DNA of 64,000 nt from Ascoidea asiatica JCM 7603 (lineage: Eukaryota; Fungi; Ascomycota): positions 1,185,370 through 1,249,369 of the forward strand of contig BCKQ01000003.1 in NCBI GenBank assembly GCA_001600695.1, given 5' to 3'. Both the position numbers and the translations under genes were made by a program. Position 1 is the stretch's first letter. Every line of letters begins with the position of its first letter. The notes under the pieces are model-generated. The model was given only the letters and a program-made list of their open reading frames with translations, ran no database searches and was not told the DNA's origin. This document shows, in pieces, positions 36,356 to 46,068 of this stretch.

Positions 36356-36391
36356 GGACACACCATATTTAGTGCATAACTTGGTGTGTCC
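36356..36391. repeat. Perfect 10-bp inverted repeat GGACACACCA-N16-TGGTGTGTCC
   Basis: Read directly, between MFS paralogs 2 and 3. Confidence 0.85.
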
Positions 36392-36933
36392 TAAATTTAT
36401 CTCAAAATAGGAAATTTGCCGACGCTTCTGGGCGTACGTTGCGCTTGGAAAAACATCTTCAGCATTGTCGAAATTTTTGGTCAATTTGAAAAAATTGTCT
36501 AAAGTTTTAGATATTGGAGATAACAAAATACCCGAGAATGATTCACAAACCTAATTAGTTGATTTCTTGTTGATTTGTCATAATTTCTAGAGGTTGTTCG
36601 AAATGATTGGCACCTGAAGCTTTATTTAATTTCTAATATGTTTTTTAATGGTCGAAGATTACTCATATGTCTTTTACACTTTGTATTTCTCAAAGATAAA
36701 AAAACAGCATATAAATTTTGATATGTTCAAATATCTTTATTTAACAATACGACTTTCTTTAATAGAAATAAGTTTAGAAGAAGATAATAATACTTGGATA
36801 AAAAAGATGATGATAAGTCCTTACATTTTCTAGGATTAAATAAGGATCATACAAAATAGTTATTCTAAAACATTGATTCAAATATCATTATCAATATCAG
36901 TATTGTGGTAGATAATATACAGCATATATAAAA

Positions 36934-38685
36934 ATGGCAAGAGAATCATTTCGCCAGCAAATGAAAGGATTTCCAATTGGTCAAATTTTAATTCTTTCAA
37001 TTGTTAGATTAGCAGAACCAATAAATTTTTCATCAGTATTTCCATATGTTTATTTCATGGTTAGAGATTTTCATATAGCTAAAAGTGAATCAGATATTTC
37101 AAAATATACGGGATATTTTGCTTCAGCATTTTCAATTGCCCAAGTTTTTGCATCAATTAAATGGACACAATTTAGTCAAATTTATGGTAGAAAATATACA
37201 ATAATTTTAGGTTTAATTGGTAGTATAATTTGTACAATTTTATTTGGATTATCTAAAAATTATTATATTGCATTATTAGCCAGATTCCTGATGGGATTAT
37301 TGAATGGTAATTTACCAGTAATTAGAAATACAATTGCTGAAGTGGCAACAAAAAGAAAACATCAAGCAATTGCATTTGGTAGTATACCATTAACTTGGTA
37401 TATTGGATGTGTAATTGGACCATTAATTGGTGGTGGTTTGGTAAATCCAAAAGAAAAAGATGAATATTATAATAATACTTATAATAGTTATTTGAGTAAT
37501 TTTTTAAATAATCATTCAATTTTTAAAGAGTTTCCATATTTTTTACCAAATTTAGTATGTTCCATAATACTTTTTTTCGGTTTAATAATGATATTTTTAT
37601 TCTTAGAGGAAACTCATCCAAAATTAAAAAATAGGTATGATTTTGGTTTAACATTAGGAGATTATATATTAGTTTTATTTAATATCAGAGATAAAAGTGA
37701 TAAAAGACCATGGAAATTAACTCCTTTTTCTTCCTCTTCATCCAATTTATCTTCTTCAAGGTTAATTAATAGAAATGAAGAAGAACCTTTGATAAATTCG
37801 GATTCAAATTCAAACTCAAATTGTAATGAAGAAAATTATAATATTAAAGATGACGAAGAAATATTAGACGGTAGCTCAATACCATGGAAAGAAATTTTTT
37901 CTAAAAATGAAAATTATAGATTAATTTTAGCAAATTTCTATCTTGCATTTTATGATTTAGTATTTCTTGAATTTTTACCAGTTTTTCTTTCGATTGAATA
38001 TTCTAATAAAAGTAAATTTCCATTTATTATAGCAGGAGGATTTGGATTTAATTCAATAATGATTGGAAAATTACTAGCAATCACAGGTACAATTGGAATT
38101 TTTTTAACAATTTTTTTTTATCCATATATTGATAGAAATTTTGCACCTGTTAAAGTTTATAGAACTATTCAAATGATTTATCCAATCATACCATTTTTTT
38201 TACCATTAATGATTTTTTTATTACCAGAAAACTTAAATGAAAATAACAATAACAATAACAATGATATAGAAGATAGAAATTTAAAAGTTGTTTATTTTTT
38301 TTTATATTTTTCAGAAATTTTAAGAACAACATTAGATTCAATATCATTTCCAACATTATTTATTCTTTTACATATTGCAACACCAAAAAGATATTCAGTT
38401 ATAATTAATTCATTAGCAATTTCATTTTCATCATTTGCAAGATTTATTGGACCAATAATTTTTGGAAAATTAATTTCAATTTCTGTTAAATATAATATTG
38501 GGTGGTTGAGTTGGTGGATTTTAGCAATAATTTCTATAATTTCATATATTCAAGGATCTTCATTAACAAAAGGAAAAGGAAATGAAGTTTTAGATCATTC
38601 AGAAGTTGATGGAGATGAAAATGTAATAGAAGAAGAAATAATTTTAGCAGAAGCATTAGAAGATGAATCAAATATCATTGTTTGA
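36934..38685 (+). CDS. MFS transporter, YCR023C/ZIFL-like, tandem paralog 3
   Basis: Same motif set as paralogs 1 and 2, colinear along the whole length. Confidence 0.9.
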   Translation: MARESFRQQMKGFPIGQILILSIVRLAEPINFSSVFPYVYFMVRDFHIAKSESDISKYTGYFASAFSIAQVFASIKWTQFSQIYGRKYTIILGLIGSIICTILFGLSKNYYIALLARFLMGLLNGNLPVIRNTIAEVATKRKHQAIAFGSIPLTWYIGCVIGPLIGGGLVNPKEKDEYYNNTYNSYLSNFLNNHSIFKEFPYFLPNLVCSIILFFGLIMIFLFLEETHPKLKNRYDFGLTLGDYILVLFNIRDKSDKRPWKLTPFSSSSSNLSSSRLINRNEEEPLINSDSNSNSNCNEENYNIKDDEEILDGSSIPWKEIFSKNENYRLILANFYLAFYDLVFLEFLPVFLSIEYSNKSKFPFIIAGGFGFNSIMIGKLLAITGTIGIFLTIFFYPYIDRNFAPVKVYRTIQMIYPIIPFFLPLMIFLLPENLNENNNNNNNDIEDRNLKVVYFFLYFSEILRTTLDSISFPTLFILLHIATPKRYSVIINSLAISFSSFARFIGPIIFGKLISISVKYNIGWLSWWILAIISIISYIQGSSLTKGKGNEVLDHSEVDGDENVIEEEIILAEALEDESNIIV

Positions 38686-39635
38686 ATGAAATATACCGAA
38701 CTGTATATTAAAAAATATTGAATAATTTTGAGATATATTGAAATCCGAGAGTCCGCGAAAAATGAAAATTGAAATTTAAGCTGTTTTGATGTGGAGGAGC
38801 TCGGAAAAACTCTGGAAACAAAAGGAATAATGATAAAAGAATATTATCATGAAGAATTATGAATAATTAAAAATACCAATAAATAATTAAAATAAATAAA
38901 TAAAATATGAATAAACATGAATTAAATAGTAAGGAAATTAAGACACAATTATGACAAATGTCATTGTAAAAAAATGCTGAAATTACGCGAGTTATGCGAA
39001 TAGTCGTGAATGTAGTCGAGGAGCTGTTCGAGTTCAGCAAGAAAAAGGTTAAAAAGAGATTAAAAAAAGTGGATTTGTTCGCCGTTGAATTAGTAGTGAA
39101 GGTGGCTCGAGTGGTATCTTTGGTTCATTCACTAGTTCTTTCACTGATAGTATATTGGGTATCTTTGGTTTTATTGGTAATTCTAAAATCTTTAATTTCC
39201 TCAAAGTTTGTAGAATTTGAAAATTTTGGGAATAAACTCATTTTCATATCCAACACTGTTTCATTTATGGCTGGCAATGAAATAAAAGACTCTTCCCCCA
39301 AATATTCTCATACAAGTAAACATTATTCAAGATTGTCAGAGTACAGTAGTCCATCTTTATTAAACTCATTACGTTTATTCCTTTAACTCTCTTTACTTCT
39401 ATTAATTTTATTTGTCGTTTGTTCTCTGACTTCATTTTTGGCATTTTTGTCAATTTTTGTCATTTTTTGATGGATTTTATTGAATTTTTTCAATAATTTT
39501 TAGCCATTTTTCTTCGCGTAGCTTCGGTACCCTTCCCAGATATTTCACTTTTGTTTTATTTTTACAGGGCATTAGGGCTCTGTTTGGTTTGAGTGTGCAC
39601 TTGTTTATTGAATTGTAACAAGCATTTGCAAAGAA

Positions 39636-39895
39636 AGCACGGGGTGCTCCGGAAACTTCGAGCACTCCCCACCCGTTATGAAAGGGGGAAATGGCTCCTC
39701 TTGTTTGAAGTTTGTGTGCCTCAGAAGTTGAATCTGAGCTTGAATCTGGGGAAATTAAATGGAAATTTATTGGAAATTAACTGCATTTTTTCACTTGTTT
39801 CTTTTTCTACAATTGTTTAATCCGATGAAAAACAATAAATAAAAAGGAAATAAGGCAGATTTTCAGATATTTCTTATTTTCTAATCATATATAAA
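39636..39895 (+). promoter_or_regulatory. Xylose reductase promoter: Mig1/CreA-like SYGGGG boxes, STRE-like AGGGG and a TATA box
   Basis: CCCCAC at 39667-72, TGAATCTGGGG at 39741-51, AAGGGGG near 39682, TATATAAA at 39888-95. Confidence 0.5.
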
Positions 39896-40091
39896 CCTCC
39901 CTGATTCCCTTTGATTTTAATTTCAACTCAAAGATTTCTTTTTTTACTTATTATTATTTCAATTTTAAATATATTACAATATTAAACAATATTATAATAT
40001 TTATATATTACAAACAAACATTATTATCATATAATCTTACTCTTTATCCTCTTTTTTACTTTAATTAATCTCATCTAATTATTTATAAAAA

Positions 40092-41069
40092 ATGTCTTCT
40101 CTTGTTACTTTAAATAACGGTATTCAAATTCCATTAATTGGTTTAGGATGTTGGAAAATTCCAAATGCTATTTGTGCAGAATCAATTTATAAAGCAATTA
40201 AATTAGGTTATAGATTATTTGATGGTGCTTGTGATTATGGTAATGAAAAAGAAATTGGTCAAGGTATTAAAAAAGCAATTGATGAAGGTTTAGTTAAAAG
40301 AAGTGAATTAGTTGTAATTTCAAAATTATGGAATAATTTTCATGAACCAAAAAATGCAAAATTAGCTTTTATGAAATCTTTAAATGATTTAGGTTTAGAT
40401 TATTTAGATATTTATTATATTCATTTTCCAATTGCACAAAAATTTGTTCCTTTTGAAAAATGTTATCCACCAAATTTTTATTGTGGTCATGATAATGGTG
40501 ATTGGGAATTTGAAGATGTTCCATATATGGATACTTATAGAGCTTTAGAAGAATTAGTTGATGAAGGTCTTATTAAATCAATTGGTATTTCTAATGTTCC
40601 AGGTGCTTTAATTCAAGATGTTTTAAGATCTTGTAGAATAAAACCAGCTTTAGTTCAAATTGAACATCATCCATATTTAGTTCAACAAAAATTAATTGAT
40701 TATATTCAATCTCAAGATATTCAAGTTACTGCTTATTCATCATTTGGTCCTCAATCTTTTATTGAATTAGATTCTGAAAAAGCAATTAATGCAGTTACTT
40801 TATTTACTCATCCAACTGTTATTCAAATTGCAAATAAACATATTAAATCAACTGCTCAAATTTTATTAAGATGGTCAACTCAATCTGGTATTTGTGTAAT
40901 TCCAAAATCTTTTGATGAAGATAGATTAATTGAAAATTTACATAGTGACAATTTCCAATTATCTGATGATGAAATTAAAACTATTTCTGCTTTAGATATT
41001 GGTTTAAGATTTAATGATCCTTGGGATTGGGTTCCAAATCCAAAACAAAAAATTCCAACTTTTATCTAA
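40092..41069 (+). CDS. XYL1: NAD(P)H-dependent xylose/aldose reductase (AKR2B; Xyl1/Gre3 family)
   Basis: GLGCWK, catalytic tetrad in FDGACDY / SKLWN / [34 protein letters not shown]. Confidence 0.93.
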   Translation: MSSLVTLNNGIQIPLIGLGCWKIPNAICAESIYKAIKLGYRLFDGACDYGNEKEIGQGIKKAIDEGLVKRSELVVISKLWNNFHEPKNAKLAFMKSLNDLGLDYLDIYYIHFPIAQKFVPFEKCYPPNFYCGHDNGDWEFEDVPYMDTYRALEELVDEGLIKSIGISNVPGALIQDVLRSCRIKPALVQIEHHPYLVQQKLIDYIQSQDIQVTAYSSFGPQSFIELDSEKAINAVTLFTHPTVIQIANKHIKSTAQILLRWSTQSGICVIPKSFDEDRLIENLHSDNFQLSDDEIKTISALDIGLRFNDPWDWVPNPKQKIPTFI

Positions 41070-41524
41070 GTTATTTGAAGTCTTTAAAAGAAAGTCTTTT
41101 AAGTTTCTTTTACTTAATTTAATAATTTAAATTTTCTTTAAATATATATTTCAATGATTTAAATGATTTTTTTATATGATTTTTATATAATTTTTATTTG
41201 TCTTTTATGACTTTTATATGATTTTTATATGATTCCAATGTTTTGAAATTTTACTCTTTTTATATAGTCTATAGATTCTCCCATCAATAGATTTTTCGTC
41301 ATTTTATTTTATTGTTATCAATTCGATTGTTTTGTAAACAATTCAAAAATATTTATTACTATCTCTTTGATAAAAATTAAAAAAATTTCAGCCTGACTAA
41401 TAATGATAATAATAGTAATAATGATACTAATAATAATTATTGATATTCAATATTCCATAATAAAGATTACACTTGGCATACAAATACAGTATGTTGTGAA
41501 GCCCAAGCACTTCGAGCTTAAGTA

Positions 41525-41563
41525 AGGGGGGTTGCGTCTGACGTGAAATATATTACGTAATAT
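41525..41563. promoter_or_regulatory. Stress-type elements upstream of the hydrolase: STRE AGGGG, CRE half-site TGACGT and palindrome ATATTACGTAATAT (bZIP-type TTACGTAA core)
   Basis: AGGGG at 41525, TGACGT at 41539, 14-bp palindrome at 41550-41563. Confidence 0.5.
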
Positions 41564-41829
41564 TTTTATTCCATATTACCAAATTGTTACTGCACACGTT
41601 GAATATGGGGCCCAGCTGTTTTTTTAATGGAATTTGGATGCAAAGATAATAATTATGGGATATAAAAGAATAAGTATAAAAGATTGTGAAAGTTAGTGAA
41701 ATAATGTAAATGAATTGAATTAAGTATAAATGAAGAAGTAGTTAGTTCATTTTGTTTTTTAAAAAGAAAATTGTATTGTATAACGCTATTTAATTGGAAA
41801 TATAGAATAATAATAATAATTTAACTGAA

Positions 41830-42729
41830 ATGGCATATGAACTAGAATTACTTCATTATCCACCAAAGTCACAAAGTATACAAAATTCAAATAATTCAGA
41901 TAATAATGAGTCAACACCAATATTACTAGTTCATGGAATTTGTCATGGAGCTTGGTGTTGGGAGAATTGGTTAAAATGGTTATCAGAAAAAAATAGAGAT
42001 GTTTATGCACTAAGTTTAAGAGGTCATGGTAACAGTCAAGGATATGGTGATTTAGACTCATTTAGTTTAGAAGATTATGTTGATGATGTTATTAGTATAA
42101 TTGAATTGAAGATTAAAAAAAAGGTAATTTTAATTGGACATTCAATGGGTGGTATAATTGTACAAAAATTGATTTTTAAAAGAAATGATTTAGTTAAATT
42201 GAATATATTATTAGCTTCTTTACCACCAGATTCAATGAATTTTTATGATTTATTTAATTTGGTTTATAAAACTGGGTTTGGACTATTAGCTACAAAAAAA
42301 GTTTTAATGGCTCCTTCATATAATCAAAATGATAATAACAAGACTCATCCAAAGCTTGTTAAAAATATATTAACTTTAGAAGAGACTAAAAAATTAGCAT
42401 TTTTTAATTATAGAATTCCAGAAGAAGATTGTTTAAAATATTCAAAATTATTACAATTTGAATCAAAAACTGCAATTAATGAATTAAGTAAAGTTAATTT
42501 AATCGAGTATAAAAAAAATTTAAAAGAAGAAATTAAATTCCCATTAACTTTTGTAATTGGTTCAAAAGATGATGTTTTATTTAATGAAAATTCATTGATT
42601 AGAACTGGAAATTTCTACAATACAAAAGCATATATCTTACAAGAAGGTTGTCACGATTTAATGCTTGATCCAACTTGGGAAAAAGTTGTTCAAATTGTTT
42701 TGAATAAAATTAATGAGTATAATTTATAG
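41830..42729 (+). CDS. Alpha/beta-fold hydrolase (esterase/lysophospholipase-like) of a bacterial-type family
   Basis: LVHGICHGAWCW, SLRGHGNS, nucleophile elbow GHSMGG, acid in GSKDD, catalytic His in CHDLMLD. Confidence 0.9.
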   Translation: MAYELELLHYPPKSQSIQNSNNSDNNESTPILLVHGICHGAWCWENWLKWLSEKNRDVYALSLRGHGNSQGYGDLDSFSLEDYVDDVISIIELKIKKKVILIGHSMGGIIVQKLIFKRNDLVKLNILLASLPPDSMNFYDLFNLVYKTGFGLLATKKVLMAPSYNQNDNNKTHPKLVKNILTLEETKKLAFFNYRIPEEDCLKYSKLLQFESKTAINELSKVNLIEYKKNLKEEIKFPLTFVIGSKDDVLFNENSLIRTGNFYNTKAYILQEGCHDLMLDPTWEKVVQIVLNKINEYNL

Positions 42730-43854
42730 ATTAATATTGATTACAAATTAAAATAAACAAATTTTCGATTTGATTCTCAATTCTCGATCATCAGTTCTCG
42801 GTATTTTGTTAAGAATCCATCTCCTTGAGTACCTCGAGTACCTTGGCCACCATTGAGTACATATTGAGTACCTTGAGCTCTTTTAATGCTTTATTTTCAT
42901 TAATTTGCTTCTTTAATCTCGCCAAATTTAAACATTATTTCTAAAATAACGAATTAAATAGATTTTTTGGGTGGAGTGAATGAGACCTAAAAAGGTTTAT
43001 GGTCCGTTGCTATTTACACGAGTCAATCCCTACACTTATCGTATTAGCTTGCACATCGGAGGGTACACTAAAGTGGTCCCCACCCAACTAATGCAAAGCA
43101 TACCACCAGCGCTGGCGACCTTTTGCTTTCATGATTGTTAGTTCCGACCCACGGAATCTTTTGCTCGTGCAAATAGATAGCCCTGTACCTTGTTTTGGAT
43201 CCTTTTTGACCATTTTGTTTACTTTATTTTAGAGTATTTTAAAGTATTTTCAAAATATTTTGTTTTATTTCATTTATTTTCAATTAAATTTAAAAAACTG
43301 GGAAGTACAGGACTCAGAAAGAGAAGCAAGATGAAATGTTACAGTACAATGAACAGTAGCAGGAACAGAAGAACTTCACCTATACATAGACAACTAAAAC
43401 TAAAGGATATTTCTGACGAATAAGCAGAGAAAGACAGGGAATGAATTTCAAGTTAGTAATATTAAAACAAATAAATGATTATGAGTATCTGCATTCAACT
43501 AAGACTTTCCACTGGATCTAAATTTTATAAATGTCCAGGATTATTTTTAAGGGTAATTGTTCAAGGATTATTTTCAAGGATTATTGTTGAGTATTATTAT
43601 TAAAGGCTTATTAAGGGTATTCATTTCTTATCAACAATTTTTATCAGCCACTGAACCATTATACCACTAAATCATTCAATCATTAAAGTATTAAATCTTC
43701 AACCTTGTTTGATTTAATCTTTGAAAAATAAAAAAAAAATATCAAATATATAAATATAGTCCAATTATTAAAGGATTATTGAAAATTATGTTCTGATTTT
43801 TTATTCTTTCAATATTATATATAGAATGGTAATAATAATGATAATTCCAACAAA

Positions 43855-46068
43855 ATGAATAGTTTTAATTTATTTAAGATTTTTAATTACTCTGAAATGA
43901 TCAATAAAGCTAATAATCTTAAGGAAAATAACAGTTTTTTTCTGGATAATTTGAATCAAACACAAAATATAAATAACATGAATATGAATTTAAACCTGAA
44001 TGCTGCTGAAAATTTCGTCAATTCGAATAATTTATTGAATAATTCATTGAATAACTCTTTAGATTTAACTTCAACTTCAAATCCTTTAAATGCAAATCAA
44101 AATTCAGTGGCCTTAATATCCCCTCAAAATTTTCAGATCAAACAGCCCAATTTGTCCCTTCAAACTAATCAACAAAATACACCTGCAAATCAATACTTTT
44201 ATTCACTGCCTTTAAATAATCAACTTAATCATTCCAATCTTAATTATAATAATGCTTTCATACAAAATTTACCCTTAAACTCTTATTCAAAACCAGTCCA
44301 TTTGCAAAACGTATTTGATTTTACAAATCCTCAATCTCAGTCCCAGTCTCAATCTCAATCTCAATTACAACTAGAATCACAATTACAATTACAACCACAA
44401 TCACAATCACATTCTCTATCTGAATTACAACCTCAAATTCTATCTCAGTCCCAATCCCAGTCTCAGTCTCAGTCTCAATCTCCAATCCATCAAAGTGAAA
44501 AAAACTCTACGTTAAATAGTCCTTTTATACCAAATTCAAATTCAAATTCAAATTCAAATTCAAACTCAAACTCAAACTCAAATGTTGCCCTGACTCCTAC
44601 AACAGATTGTAAGTCCAAGTCAATTGATTCAACTTCTGAAAATGGGACTACTTATATGAAAACCAACCAATGTGTTGCATTAGCTGATGTTTATTTTCGA
44701 ATCAGGACAGATAAACAAAATTTAACTAAACCAATTAAAGACATTGATTCATTAGTCTTTGATTCTTTACCAGAAGAATTTGAAAAAAGAAATTTAGTAT
44801 TTGATAGAACTTTACCTCAAATTAGAGAAAAATTAAATAGATTAAGAACCGAATTAAAAAAAAATAGTAAAATTCCTCCTTGGGCTTTGAAAATTAAAAG
44901 TGCTGAAGATAATGCTTATAATGATTTTCAATATAAAAGCTTTTCATTTGTTGATGCTAAGTTTCCTATGGATCTGAATAGTAATAGTAATAGTGATGGT
45001 AATAGTGATAGTAATACTACTATCAATAAAAATCAAGCTAATAGCTATAATGAAATAGATAATGACAATATAAATAATGATGAAAACACTAGTGATACTA
45101 ATGTTAATAATGACAACGATAATTATATTGTTATGAATAATGATATAAGGAAAAGCTCAGTTAAGTTAGAGCTGGAAACTTTCTCTTCCTTAAAAAAAAT
45201 TGATGAAGCTAAAAAACTTAAGAGGGACCGTACAAGGAATGATCAAATTGATAATAGCATTGTATCAACAAGTGAAACTGAAAATATTGAAGAAAGTGAA
45301 ACTGAAATTAGGCCTTATAAAAAAAAAAAAAATAATAGTGATTATACTGATAATACAAATAATTCAAATAATTCAAATAATTCAAATGATTCAAATTTGG
45401 AATTTGAGATTGAAAATTTAACTACAATTATTGAAAAAAAAAAAGAAGAGATTGAACATTTTAGAAAAGAAGCTGAAACAATGAAGAGGAATTTTCAGGA
45501 AGAAAAATTAATTTTGAAGAATGAATTATTTAGTGTTAGAAGTCAACTTTTATATACCCAAAGTGAATTAATTGATGCAAAAAATAATAGAAATGAAGAA
45601 ATTTTAGATATCAAAGCGAAGTTATTGGATAGTAAGTCTGAAATAATAAGTTGTAAAACTCAACTATTAGAAGCACAAAAGGAAGTGATGAACGCTCAAA
45701 AGGAAGTAATGGATTCTAAAAAAGAAGTAATGGATTCTAAGAAAGAAGTAATGGACTCTAAGAAAGAAGCAATGAATTTTCAAAAGGAAGTAATGGACTC
45801 TAAGAAAGAAGTAATGGACTCTAAGAAAGAAGTAATGGATTCTAAGATGAAAGTAATGGATAATTTATTAATTACGCAAAAGGAAGTAATGGACTCTAAG
45901 AAAGAAGTGATAACCTCTACAAGCAATACATTAATTGCACAAAAGGAGGTGATGGATTCTAAGAAAGAAAGTTTAGAATCAAAAAACAATGGAAAGCAAC
46001 AAATGATGGCTATGAGAATGCACTTATTAGATTTTAATAAAAAACAGGTTAAATCTTATAGAAGATAA
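43855..46068 (+). CDS. Uncharacterised protein: N/Q-rich N-terminus, Myb/SANT(trihelix)-like domain, NLS and heptad-repeat coiled coil
   Basis: 737-aa ORF. RTLPQIREKLNRLR resembles the trihelix third helix. RPYKKKK is NLS-like. KKEVMDS heptads at the C-terminus. Confidence 0.75.
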   Translation: MNSFNLFKIFNYSEMINKANNLKENNSFFLDNLNQTQNINNMNMNLNLNAAENFVNSNNLLNNSLNNSLDLTSTSNPLNANQNSVALISPQNFQIKQPNLSLQTNQQNTPANQYFYSLPLNNQLNHSNLNYNNAFIQNLPLNSYSKPVHLQNVFDFTNPQSQSQSQSQSQLQLESQLQLQPQSQSHSLSELQPQILSQSQSQSQSQSQSPIHQSEKNSTLNSPFIPNSNSNSNSNSNSNSNSNVALTPTTDCKSKSIDSTSENGTTYMKTNQCVALADVYFRIRTDKQNLTKPIKDIDSLVFDSLPEEFEKRNLVFDRTLPQIREKLNRLRTELKKNSKIPPWALKIKSAEDNAYNDFQYKSFSFVDAKFPMDLNSNSNSDGNSDSNTTINKNQANSYNEIDNDNINNDENTSDTNVNNDNDNYIVMNNDIRKSSVKLELETFSSLKKIDEAKKLKRDRTRNDQIDNSIVSTSETENIEESETEIRPYKKKKNNSDYTDNTNNSNNSNNSNDSNLEFEIENLTTIIEKKKEEIEHFRKEAETMKRNFQEEKLILKNELFSVRSQLLYTQSELIDAKNNRNEEILDIKAKLLDSKSEIISCKTQLLEAQKEVMNAQKEVMDSKKEVMDSKKEVMDSKKEAMNFQKEVMDSKKEVMDSKKEVMDSKMKVMDNLLITQKEVMDSKKEVITSTSNTLIAQKEVMDSKKESLESKNNGKQQMMAMRMHLLDFNKKQVKSYRR
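45673..45981 (+). repeat. Coding 21-bp minisatellite (AAAGAAGTAATGGAYTCTAAG), about 13 heptads of (S/A)(K/Q)KEVMD
   Basis: Near-identical units visible in both DNA and protein, with two short interruptions. Confidence 0.92.

Noticed and set aside
38994-39820. Short ORFs (130, 62, 62 and 75 aa) upstream of XYL1
   Set aside because: No recognisable domain, atypical codon use and low-complexity origin. They overlap probable promoter DNA.
45673-45981. 21-bp repeats as a CRISPR-like array
   Set aside because: Units are contiguous without unique spacers, in frame, and encode a coiled coil in a eukaryotic gene.
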